27,062 nt of DNA from Histomonas meleagridis 2922-C6/04-290x (GCA_020184695.1 JAANOX010000109.1:1-27062); one strand, 5' to 3'. Shown: positions 12,620-26,300, counted from the stretch's first letter. Numbers and translations are program-made. Notes: generated by a model from the letters alone, not told the origin.

Positions 12620-13180
12620 ATGAATGGTCATATTTATTCCATTGCTCAAATTACTGACAATATCAAAAATAAAAATTCAGATGCTATTGTTGTTGCAATA
12701 TTCTTCGATCCTAAACATAATAAAACGGGAAATTACAACAATTTTATTATCCATCCAATTGGAATGATAATAAAACATGATAATTTCTCTGATTTTTATT
12801 TTGTTCACTAAGAAATAATAGAATTCTTTGATAATCCAATTGGGATTTCAATCCCAATTACTGAAAATAAGAAACCACCTCTAAATCAAAATGTTCATTA
12901 TATAGGAATAGTTTAGAGTCAATTGGAATGTAAATTTGGACGATGGTATGAATCAAATATCTATGAGTCATGTAATGATGAAATTATTCGTACATCATTA
13001 GATAATGTAATCGTTAATAGACATCATAAAACTCAACAATCTGCTTTTGATTTAAAGCAAGGTAAGATTCTTGAAATGTTGCTTGGCAGATCCATAATAG
13101 TAACTATCTTGTGCAATAGTGACACCGGTGGAAATCTATCGTTTTCCCAACCTTAGATAAATTGTCAGTATTTAAAATGA
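12620..13180 (+). pseudogene. Decayed ~185-codon ORF, possibly a trypsin-like (HtrA/Trypsin_2) serine protease remnant
   Basis: ORFs 12620..12811 and 12923..13156 are in the same frame (303 nt apart) and are bridged by codons carrying only two stops. The frame continues to TGA at 13178-13180. The C-terminal part FDLKQGKILEMLLG...SDTGGNLSFSQP*IN resembles the HtrA-type end (DLxGxVIGI...GGxxGIGFAIPIN), but no GxSG catalytic motif is present. The family call is by-eye inference only. Confidence 0.35.
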
Positions 13181-13280
13181 TTATTAACGTCTCTTTTTCA
13201 ATATGTGGTCTTCAACGTTCTCAGGAACTTTTCGACATTAGTGATAGTTTGATTAAGATTTAATTCAAATTCAGTAGTAC

Positions 13281-14230
13281 TAATAGGGGGTGCAAAAAGT
13301 TCTGACCCTACCGTCTTTCGATGAATAAAAAAGATATATATTTTCAATTAACTTTCATTTATGTAAGTACTCTCCTCGATTCTCAATCACCCATACAAGT
13401 CTTATTATCCATGCTTCAAACACCATTTGAAGCTCTTCAAAAGTGACACCGTCGAATATGAGTATATTTTCATTTTTTTAAATCTTCTTCTGAATTTATC
13501 TCCACACCCTTTCGGTATTTATTTGCCAATTCAAAGAACCAAAAATCGCATGGGCTTATGTCTGGTGAATACAGTGGGTGAGGGATTCTATTAATTTATT
13601 CTTCTTTTAATTTTTGAGTAACAAGTGACCCATTATGAATTGGGCAGTTATCCATATGTATCTTTATGTTTTTCAAATGTGGCTGCTTCTTGTCATAGTC
13701 AACATTTTCATTCAATTGTGGAATAATATAATAAATGAAGTATTGCTGATTAAATTTGCGATTAGGAGGTAATGTATCAATACATAGCATTTTCGTCCCA
13801 TTGAAGAAAATTGTAATCATTGTTTTTTTGGATTAAATTTTCTTATATACTAACCAAGGTCATGAATTAAAACAGATTTAATACAATTTGGTGAATGACC
13901 TAGTTTTGCTGCAATATATTTTGCGGATAAAAATGGTTGTTCTTCAAGCATTTCCCTGATTTGATCAATTATATTAATTTTAGGGTTTCCACTCCTTGGT
14001 AAATCATTACAACTTAGGTCACCTGAAGAAAATTTTTTACACCAGCGTTTGACACTTGAAAGTGAGATATTAGATTGAGGGAGAGCATTACTTATTTCCC
14101 TATAAATTGATCGATATCCCATTCCTTGCAGAAAATTATATTTGACAACAATTTTGAGCTTCGACTTTTCCATTTAATTTTGTGGTGGAAAAAGTGACGA
14201 TTTTGAATAAAATAAAAAATTTACTCATCT
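13281..14230 (-). mobile_element. Defective mariner (Tc1/mariner DD34D) element with an internal deletion; one TIR recognisable
   Basis: TA-ATAGGGGGTGCAAAAAGTT at 13281 resembles canonical mariner ends (TATTAGGTTGGTGCAAAAGT) and lies ~70 nt past the transposase stop. No matching TIR is found on the 5' side, so that boundary is approximate. Confidence 0.8.
13355..14173 (-). pseudogene. Mariner transposase pseudogene
   Basis: N-terminal HTH: YREI...SLSSVKRWCKKFSSGDLSCNDLPRSGNP. Catalytic part: HMDNCPIH...*INRIPHPLYSPDISPCDF, with exactly 34 positions between the Asp residues counting the in-frame stop (DD34D; YSPDLAPxD motif). C-terminus: WIIRLVWVIENRGEYLHK*, in a shifted frame ending at 13355. 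The WVPHEL linker and the first catalytic Asp are absent between IHDLG and KKTMITIFF. Confidence 0.9.
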
Positions 14231-14261
14231 ATATTTCAATATGTAAATAAAATTTTTGAAA

Positions 14262-14525
14262 AATATTTACACATGCTTAATACTTGAACGCCTAATAATG
14301 ATAAGTTAAACATGCTTATCTATAGGTCGTTTTATATTGAAGGATTCTATATCAGAATCTTCAATTTTTATGCGTTCTATGATTCGGAAGTAATTTTTAG
14401 AGGCGTAGTTATCACCTCTATTGCCTTGCTTTGAATACTTCCATTCTTTGTTGATCGGCTTTTCAATTGTTTTGCCGTAACAACTATTCATAATTAATTT
14501 ATATATTAGTTGGAGAGGGTTATTT
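14262..14525 (-). pseudogene. Fragment of a protein-primed family B DNA polymerase (Maverick/Polinton type)
   Basis: LIYKLIMNSCYGKTIEKP matches the PolB K-x3-N-S-x-Y-G-K motif. After a frameshift near 14310 the sequence continues HFNLSLLGVQVLSMCK, recalling the G-x-x-x-LSMSK block of parabasalid Maverick polymerases. Only ~88 codons are present. The 5' side ends at a (CA)n tract at ~14526-14537. Confidence 0.75.
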
Positions 14526-14705
14526 ACACACACACACAGCGCTATGTGAGCTTCGTGCTACGCACTCGCTCCCACTCGCGCTACATAAACTAAAGGATGA
14601 ACGGTGCAAACGCGGTTGATTTTCATAAATCGGTTGGTTTTGATTGAAAGTAATTAAATATATTTAAATTCATGATGTCATTTATTTTTTACATGTGTGA
14701 GGCAT

Positions 14706-15014
14706 GACAAACTAACTAACTAACTAACTAACTAAAAAAGTTATTAGCTAAAGGAAATTCGGAACAGCTTAATGAGTTTCTCCATTTTAGTGATTTGACG
14801 TGAATATTGCATGTTTACTGGAGCTGATGATGATAACGGATGGATTGTTGTTAATCCTATGTGGATTTTAGTGTTTTCATTATTTTTTAACACGACAAAC
14901 TAACTAACTAACTAACTAAAAAAGAAACTAGCTAAAGGAAATTCGGAAAAGCTGAATGAGTTTCTCCATTTTAGTGATTTGACGTGAATATTGCATGTTT
15001 ACTGGAGCTGATGA
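14706..15014 (+). repeat. Direct duplication of a ~123-nt unit (14706-14830 and 14894-15014), each starting with an (ACTA)5-6 microsatellite
   Basis: Both copies read GACAA(ACTA)nAAAA...AGCTAAAGGAAATTCGGAA.AGCT.AATGAGTTTCTCCATTTTAGTGATTTGACGTGAATATTGCATGTTTACTGGAGCTGATGA. The period is 188 nt and there are few substitutions. Confidence 0.92.
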
Positions 15015-15031
15015 AAAATAAAGCTTGCATT

Positions 15032-15410
15032 TTACTGTTTCTTTGTGTAATATGTGGTTCTTTTTCCTTTTCTTATAATATATCTTTTATCAAAATATTT
15101 TTTGGTGTTATTCATCATTGAAAAGCTTCTGGTTGAAACGTTAGTGTTGAAATAATTATTGAACATTGAGCATAGTTCGAAAACTTCTATTTCTTCATTC
15201 GGAATAGTTTTTAAGAAATTCTCAAAAGTTGGTTTTGAATCTTGAATTACAATTATTGAATCACTCTCTACATCTTCATCTACTTCCTCAACTAAAGGAT
15301 CGGTAGATTTTTCAACATTGTCGTATTTTAACACTCCAGCAAATGATTTAGTTGCTATTAAATCTTCTTTTAAGAATAACACTAAAGCTCGCGATATTGA
15401 TCGATTTTAA
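15032..15410 (-). CDS. Hypothetical protein, C-terminal part only (5' end lost at the fold-back junction)
   Basis: An ORF of 116+ codons with an acidic linker (EEVDEDVESDS) and a basic C-terminus (RYIIRKGKRTTYYTKKQ). The listed start at 15382 is GTG and the frame stays open to ~15410, where the mirrored sequence begins. It may be TE-associated given its neighbours (inference). Confidence 0.5.
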
Positions 15411-18400
15411 GCCACATAATGACAAGTAAAATGCAAGCACCTTTTCATCCTTCCAGCTCAACGTATTCGCATCCGTCACTAAAATGAAACCATTCTTTCC
15501 GAAATTTCCTTTGCTAATTTCTTTTTTGAACAGTTAATTGGTGGTTGTCGTGTTAAGCATGTGAAAACTTGCAAAATCACATAGGGTAACTGTATCCATC
15601 ATTATCTTCAATGGCTATGCAGCTTTCTTCACGTCAAGCTCACTAAAAATGGGTGTTCCCTTTCCACTTACAGCTAATAACTTTGCAGTGGATGATTATT
15701 GAATGTTTGTCATGCCTCACATGTAAAGCCAAATGACATCATGTTTAAATATATTTGACCCACTTTTTGTCAAGGCTCAATGTTTAGTCAACACGTTTAC
15801 CATCCTTTTAGTTTATGGCGCAGTGGGGCAGTGCCAGCACGAAAACTCTGCATAGCACTGTGTGTGGCTGACAATAAATAACCCTCTCCACTTTAATATA
15901 TGAAATTATTATGAATGTATTTTTGTGTGGCTGAAGCCATTCAGCACAAGTAGTATTAACAGGCAACTGGAAGGTGACCTTCGCCTCTACTTCCGAATCA
16001 TAGAACGCATAAAAACCAGTTTACTGATGTAAATCGCTTCAATATAAAACCTATGGAGCGGCATGTTAACTATCATTGTAGGCGTTGTAATAAGCATGTG
16101 TATTTTTCAGAGAATTTTATTTACATATTGAGAAATATGAATGAGTAAAATTTTTATTTTATTCAAAATCGTCACTTTCCACTGCAAGACTGGAAAAGTC
16201 GAAAGCAAATTGTTGTCAAATATAATTTTCTGCGAAATGGTTATCGTCAGTCGCGGGAAATAGTAACCTTCCCTCAATCTAATCTACTTTCGTCATCCAA
16301 CAGTGTAAAACCTGCTTCAGGTGACAAGTTTAACAATACAGAGAGTAGAGCTAAAGTAATATGGTCGTCAAATCAGGAAATGCGAAGGGCACAACCATTA
16401 CATCACCGTGGCACGTGGCTGATCATTCACCCAGAGTATGGCCAAATCTGTTTTATTAATGACCTTGGTGGCTATATAAGAAAATTTGTCCCAGCGCAGA
16501 TTTAATTTTCTTCAATGGACAGAAAATGCTATGTATTGACTTACCTCTAATCTGGAATTTAATCAGCAATACTTCATTTATTATATTATTCCACAGTGAA
16601 TGAAAATGTTGACTATGACAGAAAGCATACGGCGAAAAACAAGATACATATGGATAACTGCAGTTCACTGTGGGTCACTTGTTACTCAAGAAATTAAAAG
16701 AAGAATAAGTAATAAATCCCTCGCCCACTATTGACCTCGCAGACATAAATTTTGTTCTTTAGTGGCAAAATAGCCGAAAAGTGATGAGCAAATTCAGAAA
16801 AATTTAAAAAATAATGCTCTATTCGACAGTGTCCTCTTTGAAGAGCTTTCAAATGTGTTACAGAAAGCATGAATGTAAGACTTGTATGGTGAAATCGAGA
16901 GGCTTTACATAATGAGTGAAAATATATCTTTTTATTCATCGAAGATATTAGTACTACTGTTTGAGTAAATCTTAATCAAACTATGCTAATGTCGGGATTC
17001 CTAGTGATCGAAGGCTAGAACGTTAATATCATTTTAAATACTGACAATTTATCCCCAAGGTTGAAGAAACGACAATTTCCACCGGTATCTGTGCACACAA
17101 GATAGTTACTATTATCAGATGCCTTAGCTTTATTTTCGAGTCTTACCTTTGCTTTTTAAATCAAAAAGCAGGTATTGGTTACATGACTGTCTATTGTATT
17201 ACATTATCTAATGATGTACAGGCTCTTCATCGTACATGACTTCGATATTGGTGCATACCAAATCGTCTATTTATTCCAATTGATACAAACTATTCTATAT
17301 AATGAGCATTTTGTTAGAGGTGATTTCTTGTTGAAGTATTATTTCTTAGTGAGAACAAAATAGAAATCGAAGTATCATGTTTGTATCATTCCCGAATAGA
17401 TGAATAATAAAAACCCCATTGTAATTTCCATTTATCCCTGTTTAGAATCGAAAATCTTAACAGCGCAATGTATCTGTTACACCCTTTTTAATCTTATTAA
17501 TGTTGGCTGACGATCAATATGACATTATAGTGAAAATGATGAGTATTCTTATGTTATTTACTGTGTACAGCAAGGCAAAAATATCAAATAACTAATACTG
17601 CGAGTCGTTTTGTTCAATCAAATAAATCTCGTTTAAAATACAACACCAGAGGACAATATTTTTGATATACGAGTTTTGACAAGTTTATGTGAAAAGTATT
17701 AAAAATATTCTTTATCATTCAATCGAAACCCAATAAATATTAGTAAGTATGATTTGAGCAATGAAGTCAAAGTGGTTTTATACTTAAAAACGCCACACTT
17801 TGAACGGTTATGTTTTATACTGTTGTATGACCAAACAAAGATAATGAGTGTATATTATATATAATATGTTTAAAACCAATAAGTATGGATATTCATGTTG
17901 TTTCAAGTTTCTGACATCTGAATGTAAACATGGGTTGACAGCTAATGGGACACGTTAAATCTAACTATTTAATTTAATTAAACAAAAGAATTATTAATAA
18001 ACAAGATCAAATAAATTCCTTGACCCTATCATACCGGGCTTTGTCAAACTTCAAATCAAAAATAAAACTTGGTTTAAAACTATCAATAAATTATAAAAAT
18101 TAGCTTATTAAGGAAGTAATTTTGTTGTTTTATTCAATGAAAAGTATTACCATCTTTTGAACACCAATTTTATTTGTATTATCATCATTGCTTATCATCT
18201 TTAATGTCATTTATCATTATCGTAAATGATCTTCATTACGATTTATTTCTTTCGAGATAACAAGTAAAAATGCAATATTAATGACTTTAACAATAACATT
18301 CCAGTACAACAACACCAATATAAATGTTTGTTTTATTATGCATTTTTATTTTCACTATTTTGCAATAAATACGAATAGTATAGTAAGTATAAAACAAGCA

Positions 18401-20320
18401 CTAAGTGTAAAATCATAGATATAACTGATGTTGTATATGTAGATATTGAGTGATATTCGTAAGAATGGTGACAAATACTTGTGTTTGTGTCGTGATAAAG
18501 CTATATGTCACTGAGCATGTGAATGTGTTAAGGTACATCGAAGAATATGTTTCTGTAAATATTATGATGAAATGTATTCATTTATAAGCAAATGTTCTTG
18601 TTATTGCTGGGGCTTACATCCTTCAATGACATTCGTAACATTTAATCCACCAAATGTTTGACTATGTTTCATATACCATAACGAGAGAGCGCCTTTAGCA
18701 AAATCCATTTATTTTGGAAGATTCACCAAAAATGGCTTTCGGTCTGTCTGTGGCAAATGCATGAGCTCCCAATATCTTTACACTGATATTGTTTCAATTT
18801 TATGGAGAGAAAAAGCTTGTGTTCTATAACATAGGAAGTATTCATGCATGCAAACTTTTCTGTAGCTTATACTGCTAGTGATAGAAAAATGAGGAACCCA
18901 CACAACATTACTACGAAATCAAAGTTTATATTCTTTGATGATTTTTCTGACCAGTAACTTGCAAACACTGATAATTCTATCAGCAAAACTCCATCCTTTA
19001 TAAATAATGTTGTTGATTTTCTGAAATATTTATCATTGCAGTGCAGGCAGATTTAGCGATATTGAAAACTGCCCTTTGGGGTAGCAACAGCGAGATCGCC
19101 AAGGTACCGAGCATTGAAAGTAACCTGACTGAACACCTTCTTCAAGAGTACGGTTTCAGACCGAACAATGACTTCCCCCTTGAAGAGGCTTTGGCTGTGA
19201 GACAGTACCTCACAATCTCAGTGGTCAGCTGTTATGCCTTCTCCAACTGGCACAAAACAGGGCAACAAGCAATGCTTTTTCTCCAGTATTTTAACAGGGT
19301 ATTGAGCCTTTTTCAGCAGTAATCAATAAGGAACGAGTATAAGCGTAGTGTTATTCCCTTGAAGCTGTTGGCATGCTTTGTTTGTTTTTGTATTCGTCAA
19401 CAGAATTCTTCTGGACTATACCAGTATTAGTGTTACTGTAGCGTTATCCCAGAAACAATAAAAGATGATAAGCATGTGAATGTATTTCTTCATCGAGATC
19501 TGTATTACAAACGTAATAATTTGTGACTTAAAAAACTGTAAAACAAGATGCCTTTGCTGTTATTTTCAATAGTTTATTTTTATGTAGTCTGATTGGCTGA
19601 GACAAGCTGCCTGGGAATCGTATTGAAGTATGCTCACAAATGACTGATCTGAGTTCAAACTGATTCAAGTCTGGAGCACCCAGTAAGGGTAGACGGCATG
19701 TATCTTCTATCAAATCGAAAATAAAAATTTAATATATAGAAACATTTTATTCATACATTTATTCTTTTGTTCTTTGTTTCTTTAGCTTTCGCTTTCGGGC
19801 CCGATTCAGTGTTGAACATTGCGATGCGGCTACTGCTGAAACAACGAAACAAACAGTATAAAATCAATTTTGACTTATCGGGTGCGCTCTGTCGTGGGTC
19901 GAGCGTATATTCGCGTGCTTTCTGACGAAAATTCTGCGCTCATTATCCTTGGTAAGAACGGTCGCTAACATTCATAATGTTACCTTCGAAAATGTTATCG
20001 AAACTATTTTGATATATCGAAAATGCTTTATATATCGAATTGCTAATAATGAGATGATTAACGACCACGTATTTTGTTTTTCAACGAGTGATAATGAATG
20101 AAAGATTTACGATAGAATAGCATTAATAATGTAATGTATAAAAATATATTATAATGTATAATATAAATAATTCAATGTAATATAATATTATATAATGTAT
20201 TGTATAATATGCTGTGTATTAGTATAACATATGGCCTTGTGTATAATATATATGTAATGTATGATAATTTTAATGATGTATAATAATGAACAATGTAATG
20301 TATATTATAAACGTTGACCT
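15410..20320 (-). other. Error-rich reverse-complement copy of 9,370-15,058 (fold-back arm, probably a sequencing artefact)
   Basis: Collinear anchors: 15410-15560 = rc of 15058-14890; pPolB mirror ~15865-16120; mariner mirror ~16190-16950; 17830-18090 = rc of ~12190-11920; BspA mirror ~18150-19330; PDE mirror ~19755-20125; 19-mer mirror ~20125-20310. The arm is ~4.9 kb against ~5.7 kb, is dominated by deletions, and all reading frames are destroyed. Confidence 0.93.
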
Positions 20321-23300
20321 TCGTATCCATCATCTCCGGCCAACACATTATACATTATCGTATACGTATCGTATCGTATCCATACATTATACGTATCCGT
20401 ATATTATCCATTATCCCGTATCCCGCCCATCCGGCCAGCTCCATTATCACATCATGCATTATCCCGTATACATTATCCGTATACGTATACCACTGTTGTC
20501 TCGTATCATTATACATTATCCGATATCCCGTATACGTGTACATTGGCTCCATTATCAATATCATTCATCGATATACATTACGTATCCGTATCCCATTCCC
20601 TTAAAACCCTTACGCCACGTATCATTATCCGATATACGTATCCATTATCCCGACCAACACATTATCCGTATACGTATACATTAACTTGCATTATACGTAT
20701 ACCGTCCATTATCCATTATCCCGTATCGTATCGGCCTTGACCCCTTGCATTACATCCCGTCATACATTATACATTATCCATTATCCCGTATACGATCCGT
20801 ATCCCGTATCCATTATCCGTATACGTCGCCATTATCCCATTATCTATCCATTATACATTATACGTATCCGTATACGACCTTGATCCGTGATATCCCGTGC
20901 TACTGCCGTATCATTATCCCATTATACATTATCCCATTATCCCGATATACGCGATATACGTATCGACATACATTACCATTATCGATATACATTATACGTA
21001 TCCGTATCATTATCCCGTATCCCATTACATTATCCCATTATCCCATTAACCTTATTCGTATCCATTATCCCATTATACATACATACGTCATATTATGCAT
21101 TATCCGTATACATTATCGTATCGATACATATACATTATCCGTATACATTATCGTATCGGTAGTATTATACGTGGCATTATCCATTATACGTATCATTATC
21201 CGGTATCGATATCAGTATCCCGTATCTCGTATCCCGTACCCTTCCCATGCATTATCCATTATACATCCTATCGATATCGACCGGCTCCCGTATCGTATCC
21301 TATACGTACTTTTATTATCCGTACATTAACCGTATCCGTATGCGATATCATCCCTGCATTATCGTATCCCATTATCGTATACGTATCCGTATCCCGTATC
21401 GTATCACGTATCCCATCCCCATACTATCCATTATCCCTGCGTATCCCATTATACGTATCCATTATCCCGATATACATCTCCGTGCCGTATCCATTATCCG
21501 ACCCTTACGTCCATCGTGCCACATGCATTATACGTGCCATTATACGTACATCCCATTATCCCATCCATTATACGTATCGTATCGATACGTATCCGTATAC
21601 GTATACGTATCCGTAGCGGTATACGACCATCGTAATCGACCATCAACCCTTTATCATTATCCCATCACGTATACGTATCATTATCCCATTATACGTATCC
21701 GTACCATTATCGTATCCGTATACGTATCGTATCCCATTGCATCATTATACTATTATCATCGCTGCGATAGCACGTATCCGTATCATCATTGCTCATCGTA
21801 TACATTGTCCGTCCATACATTATACGTCATCCGTATCCATTATACGTATCCGTATCATTGTCACGTATACATTATACATATCCATTATCCGTATCATTAT
21901 CCACGTGCTGCATCGTATCCGGTATACGTATCGTATCGATATCTGCATTATCCGTATCCCATTATACATTATCCGTATCCGATATACGTATCGTATCCCG
22001 ATATACGACCGCTCCTATACGTATCCGATATCCGTATACATTATCCCATTATACTATCCCATTATCCCATTATCCGGTATCGTATCCCATGCCACATTAT
22101 CCGTGCCATGCGTATCGTATCCCATGCATTATCATTATCCCGTATGTATCCGTATACGTATCCCGTTATACGTCGACCATACGGTATCCATTATCGTATC
22201 CGGTATCCATTATCCGATATACATTATCATATCATTATACGTATCCCGTTGCTGCGATATCCGACCAGCTCCGGTAACTCCGGTATCCATTATCCGTATA
22301 CGTATCCGTATACGTATACGTACATCATTATCGTATCCCGTATCATCATTATACGTATCGTATACATTATACGTATCCGACCCATCGTATACGTCCATAT
22401 CCGATACATCGACCCATACATTATACGACACATTATCCGATATCCCATTATCCCATTTATCCGATATACGTCCTGCATCCGTACCATTATCGACAATATC
22501 ATTATACGTATCATTATCCCATTATACATCCGTATCCATTATCGTCGCTCTGTCCCATCCCATTATCGACCATACGTATCGTATCTTGTATCCGTATCCC
22601 GTGCTGCATTATCCCGTATACGTATCCATTATCGATATCCCATCGGCCCAGCTCGGCCATCGATATACGACCATCGTATCCCGTGCGACCGATGAGTATC
22701 CGTTATCCCGTATACCAAACATACGTCTCGTATCCCATTATACGTGTCATTATCCCGATACATGCATTATACGTACTCATATACAATATCGTACTCCGTA
22801 TCCTTACATTATCCATTATCGATATACGTATCGTATCCATATCACGTCCGGTATCCCGTGCCGTATCGGTATCCCGTATACGTATACGTATCCGTACGAT
22901 ATCCATTATCGTATCCGTATCGTATCCCGTCCCTTTCCCGTCGCCCATTATACATTATCCCGTATACGACCATGCATTATCCGTATACGTGTCCGTACTC
23001 TATCCATTATCCGTATCCGTATCCCATGCTCACGTATCCGTATCATTATCCATTATACGTATACTATCCACGATCGTATCCGACCCATCGATATCATTAT
23101 CCCGTATCATATCCGGTATCCGTATCCGTATCATTATCGATATCCTGTACGTGCCGTATACGTATCGGTATCTGCCATGCAACTACTGGCTATCCATGTC
23201 ATTACGTATCAGTATCCGATATCGATATACGTATACATTATCCATTATCATTATCCCATTATGCGATATACGTTATCCGTATCCGTATCCCATATACGTA

Positions 23301-26300
23301 TCCGTATCAATCATTATGCATTATACATTATACGTACGATATACGTGCATTATACGTATACGTATACGTATACGTATCCACCAGCCTCCACGTATACATT
23401 ATACGTATCGTATCGTATCCCGTATACATTATACGTATCCATTATACATTATGCATTATCGTATACATTACATACATTATACATTATCCATTATACGTAT
23501 ACATACGTATGCATTATCCCGTATCCGTGCGTATGCATTATCCGTATCGACCCGCTGCATTATCCCGTATCCATTATCCGGCCATTATACGTATCCATTA
23601 TACGTCCCTACGTATCCCGTATCGTCATTATCGACCAGCCTCACGATATCGTATACGTATACGTATCCATTATCCATTATGCGTATCGTGCCGCATTATG
23701 CATTATCGTATCCCATTATCCCATTATCCGTATCGATATCCCATTATACGTATACATTATCCGTATCCCATACGTATCCATCATTATACATTATACGTAT
23801 CCGATATACATTATACGTATCGTATCGATATACGTACATTATCCGTATCATTATACGTATCATTATCGGTATCCATTATACGTATCGTATCCCATTATCG
23901 ATATCCCATTACATTGCTGCATTATACGCCATTATCCATTATCCATTATACGTATCCGCATTATCCGTATCGATATACATTATCCCGTATACGTATGCAT
24001 TATCCGTACATTATACGTATCGTATCCCATTATCCGATACGTATCCATTATCCATTATACTATTATCCGTATCGTATACGTATACATTATCGTATACGTA
24101 TGCATTATGCATTATCCGTATCCGTATCATATCCCGATATACATTATCCATTATCCCGATATACGATATCCGTATACGATATACATTATGCATTATCCGT
24201 ACCGATATCGGTATCCCGGCCAACATCGTATCGACAACTCGTATCCGATATCGATATCCCGACCGCCTCCGTATCGATATACGTATCATTATCCATATCC
24301 GTATCCCGATATACGTATACATTATACGTATCCCGTATACGTATCCGTATCGTATGATATGCATTATCCCGTATCCCGTATCCGTCGATATCCGTATCAT
24401 TATCCATATACGTATACGTATACATTATCCCATTATCCGATACGTCTATCATTATCCCATTATCGTATCCTTATCCTACGTATCACGTATACGTATACGT
24501 ATCCGTACGTATGTGTTCTCCCGTATACGTACTGCATTATCCCGTATCCCATGCTCCACTATCCATTACTCACATTATCCGTATACGTATCCCATATCGT
24601 ATCATTATCCGCCGCGTATACATCACATCGACCATACGTATACGTGTCGTATCTCCCATACGTATCGTATCGTATACGATATGCATTATACGTATACGTA
24701 TCATTATCGTATCGTATCCCGTATACGTATCCGTATACATTATACGTATCATTATCCCGTATCCGGTATCGATATACGTATCCCATTATCCCGCCATCAC
24801 AACCGTATACGTGCTGCATTATCCCGTATACGTCCATACGTACGTGCTATTGCCATTATCCATTCCGTATACATTATCGTATCCGGCCTGCATTATACAT
24901 GCACGACCCTGCAATACATCATTATCGTATCTGACCCGTATACGTACCGATACGTATCATTATCCCGACCATACGTCTCCATTATCATGCTCGATATCGA
25001 CCCATCGCCACTGCATATCACATCCCGTATCCGGTATCGTATCGGCCATGCATTATCCATTATACGTACTGCATTATCCATTATCCCGTATACGGCCTGC
25101 ATTATCCGTATCCATTATACGTACTCGTATCCGTGCTCTATCCATTATACATTATCCGTATCATTATAAGTATCCGTATCGATACATTATCCGATATACG
25201 TATCCGTACCTCATGCTCCATTATACGTATCATTATCGATATACATTATCCGATAACCATTATCCGTATCCGGTGCTGCGACCCATACGTATCCCGTATC
25301 CCGTATCCCATTATACATTATCGCGTATCCCATTATCCCATTATACATTATACGTATCCCGTATCCATTATACGTATCCCGTGCATCCATACGACCAACC
25401 ATTATCATTACATCATCACGACCATACGTGCCATATCACATCACATGCATTATCCGTATACGTATACGTATACGTATCGTATCCGATATCCATTATCCAT
25501 TATCCCGATATACATTATACATTATACATTATCCATTATACATTATACGTATCAATATCCCATTATCCCATTATACGATATACGTATACGTATACGTATC
25601 GTACATTATCCGGTATACGACCATGCATTATCCATTATACATTATCCGTATCCGTATACGTATCCGGTATCCGTGCTCACATTATATTATACATTGCCAT
25701 TATACGTATCGATATACTGTCGTATCCATTATCGATATACGTATACGTGCGTCCTGCGATATCCTTATACGTATCCCGTATCCGATATACGTGCCATTAC
25801 CATTATCATTATACGTGCCATTTCCATTATCCGATATCGATATACATTATACGTATCGTATCCCATTATATCAGTATACATTATCACATTATCCCGTATC
25901 CGACGCCATTATCGTATCCATATCCCGTATCATTATCGATATACATTATCCGTATCCGGTATCGTATCCCATTATCGTATACATTATACGTACTGCATTA
26001 TACATTATACGTATACATTATAAATATTAATGCTCCATGCAATATGCATTGCCATCCGTATCCGATATACATTATACGTATACGTATCGATATACGACCT
26101 TGCATTATACATTATCCCATTATCCGGTATCCGACCATACTATGCATTAGCCCGTATCCGATATCCCATTATACGTATATATTATACATTATACATTATA
26201 CGTATCCATTACTTTGTGCCGATACATTATCCATTATTCGTATACGACCGTGCCATTATCCCGTATACATTATACGACCCGCCATTATACATCCGTATCC

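Noticed and set aside
14270-14297. TATTAGGCGTTCAAG (minus strand) as the mariner 5' TIR
   Set aside because: It matches the 13281 end poorly and translates as LLGVQVLSM, part of the pPolB fragment.
16456-19713. ORFs 16456..16668, 16694..16939, 19041..19322 and 19528..19713
   Set aside because: They lie in the error-rich mirror arm and are chance frames over corrupted copies of the mariner, BspA and intergenic sequence.
15410-20320. A second, diverged inverted paralogous gene cluster or a RIP-like hypermutated copy
   Set aside because: The differences are mostly deletions and scrambled stretches spread uniformly over all sequence classes, not a specific substitution spectrum. This pattern fits low-quality sequencing.
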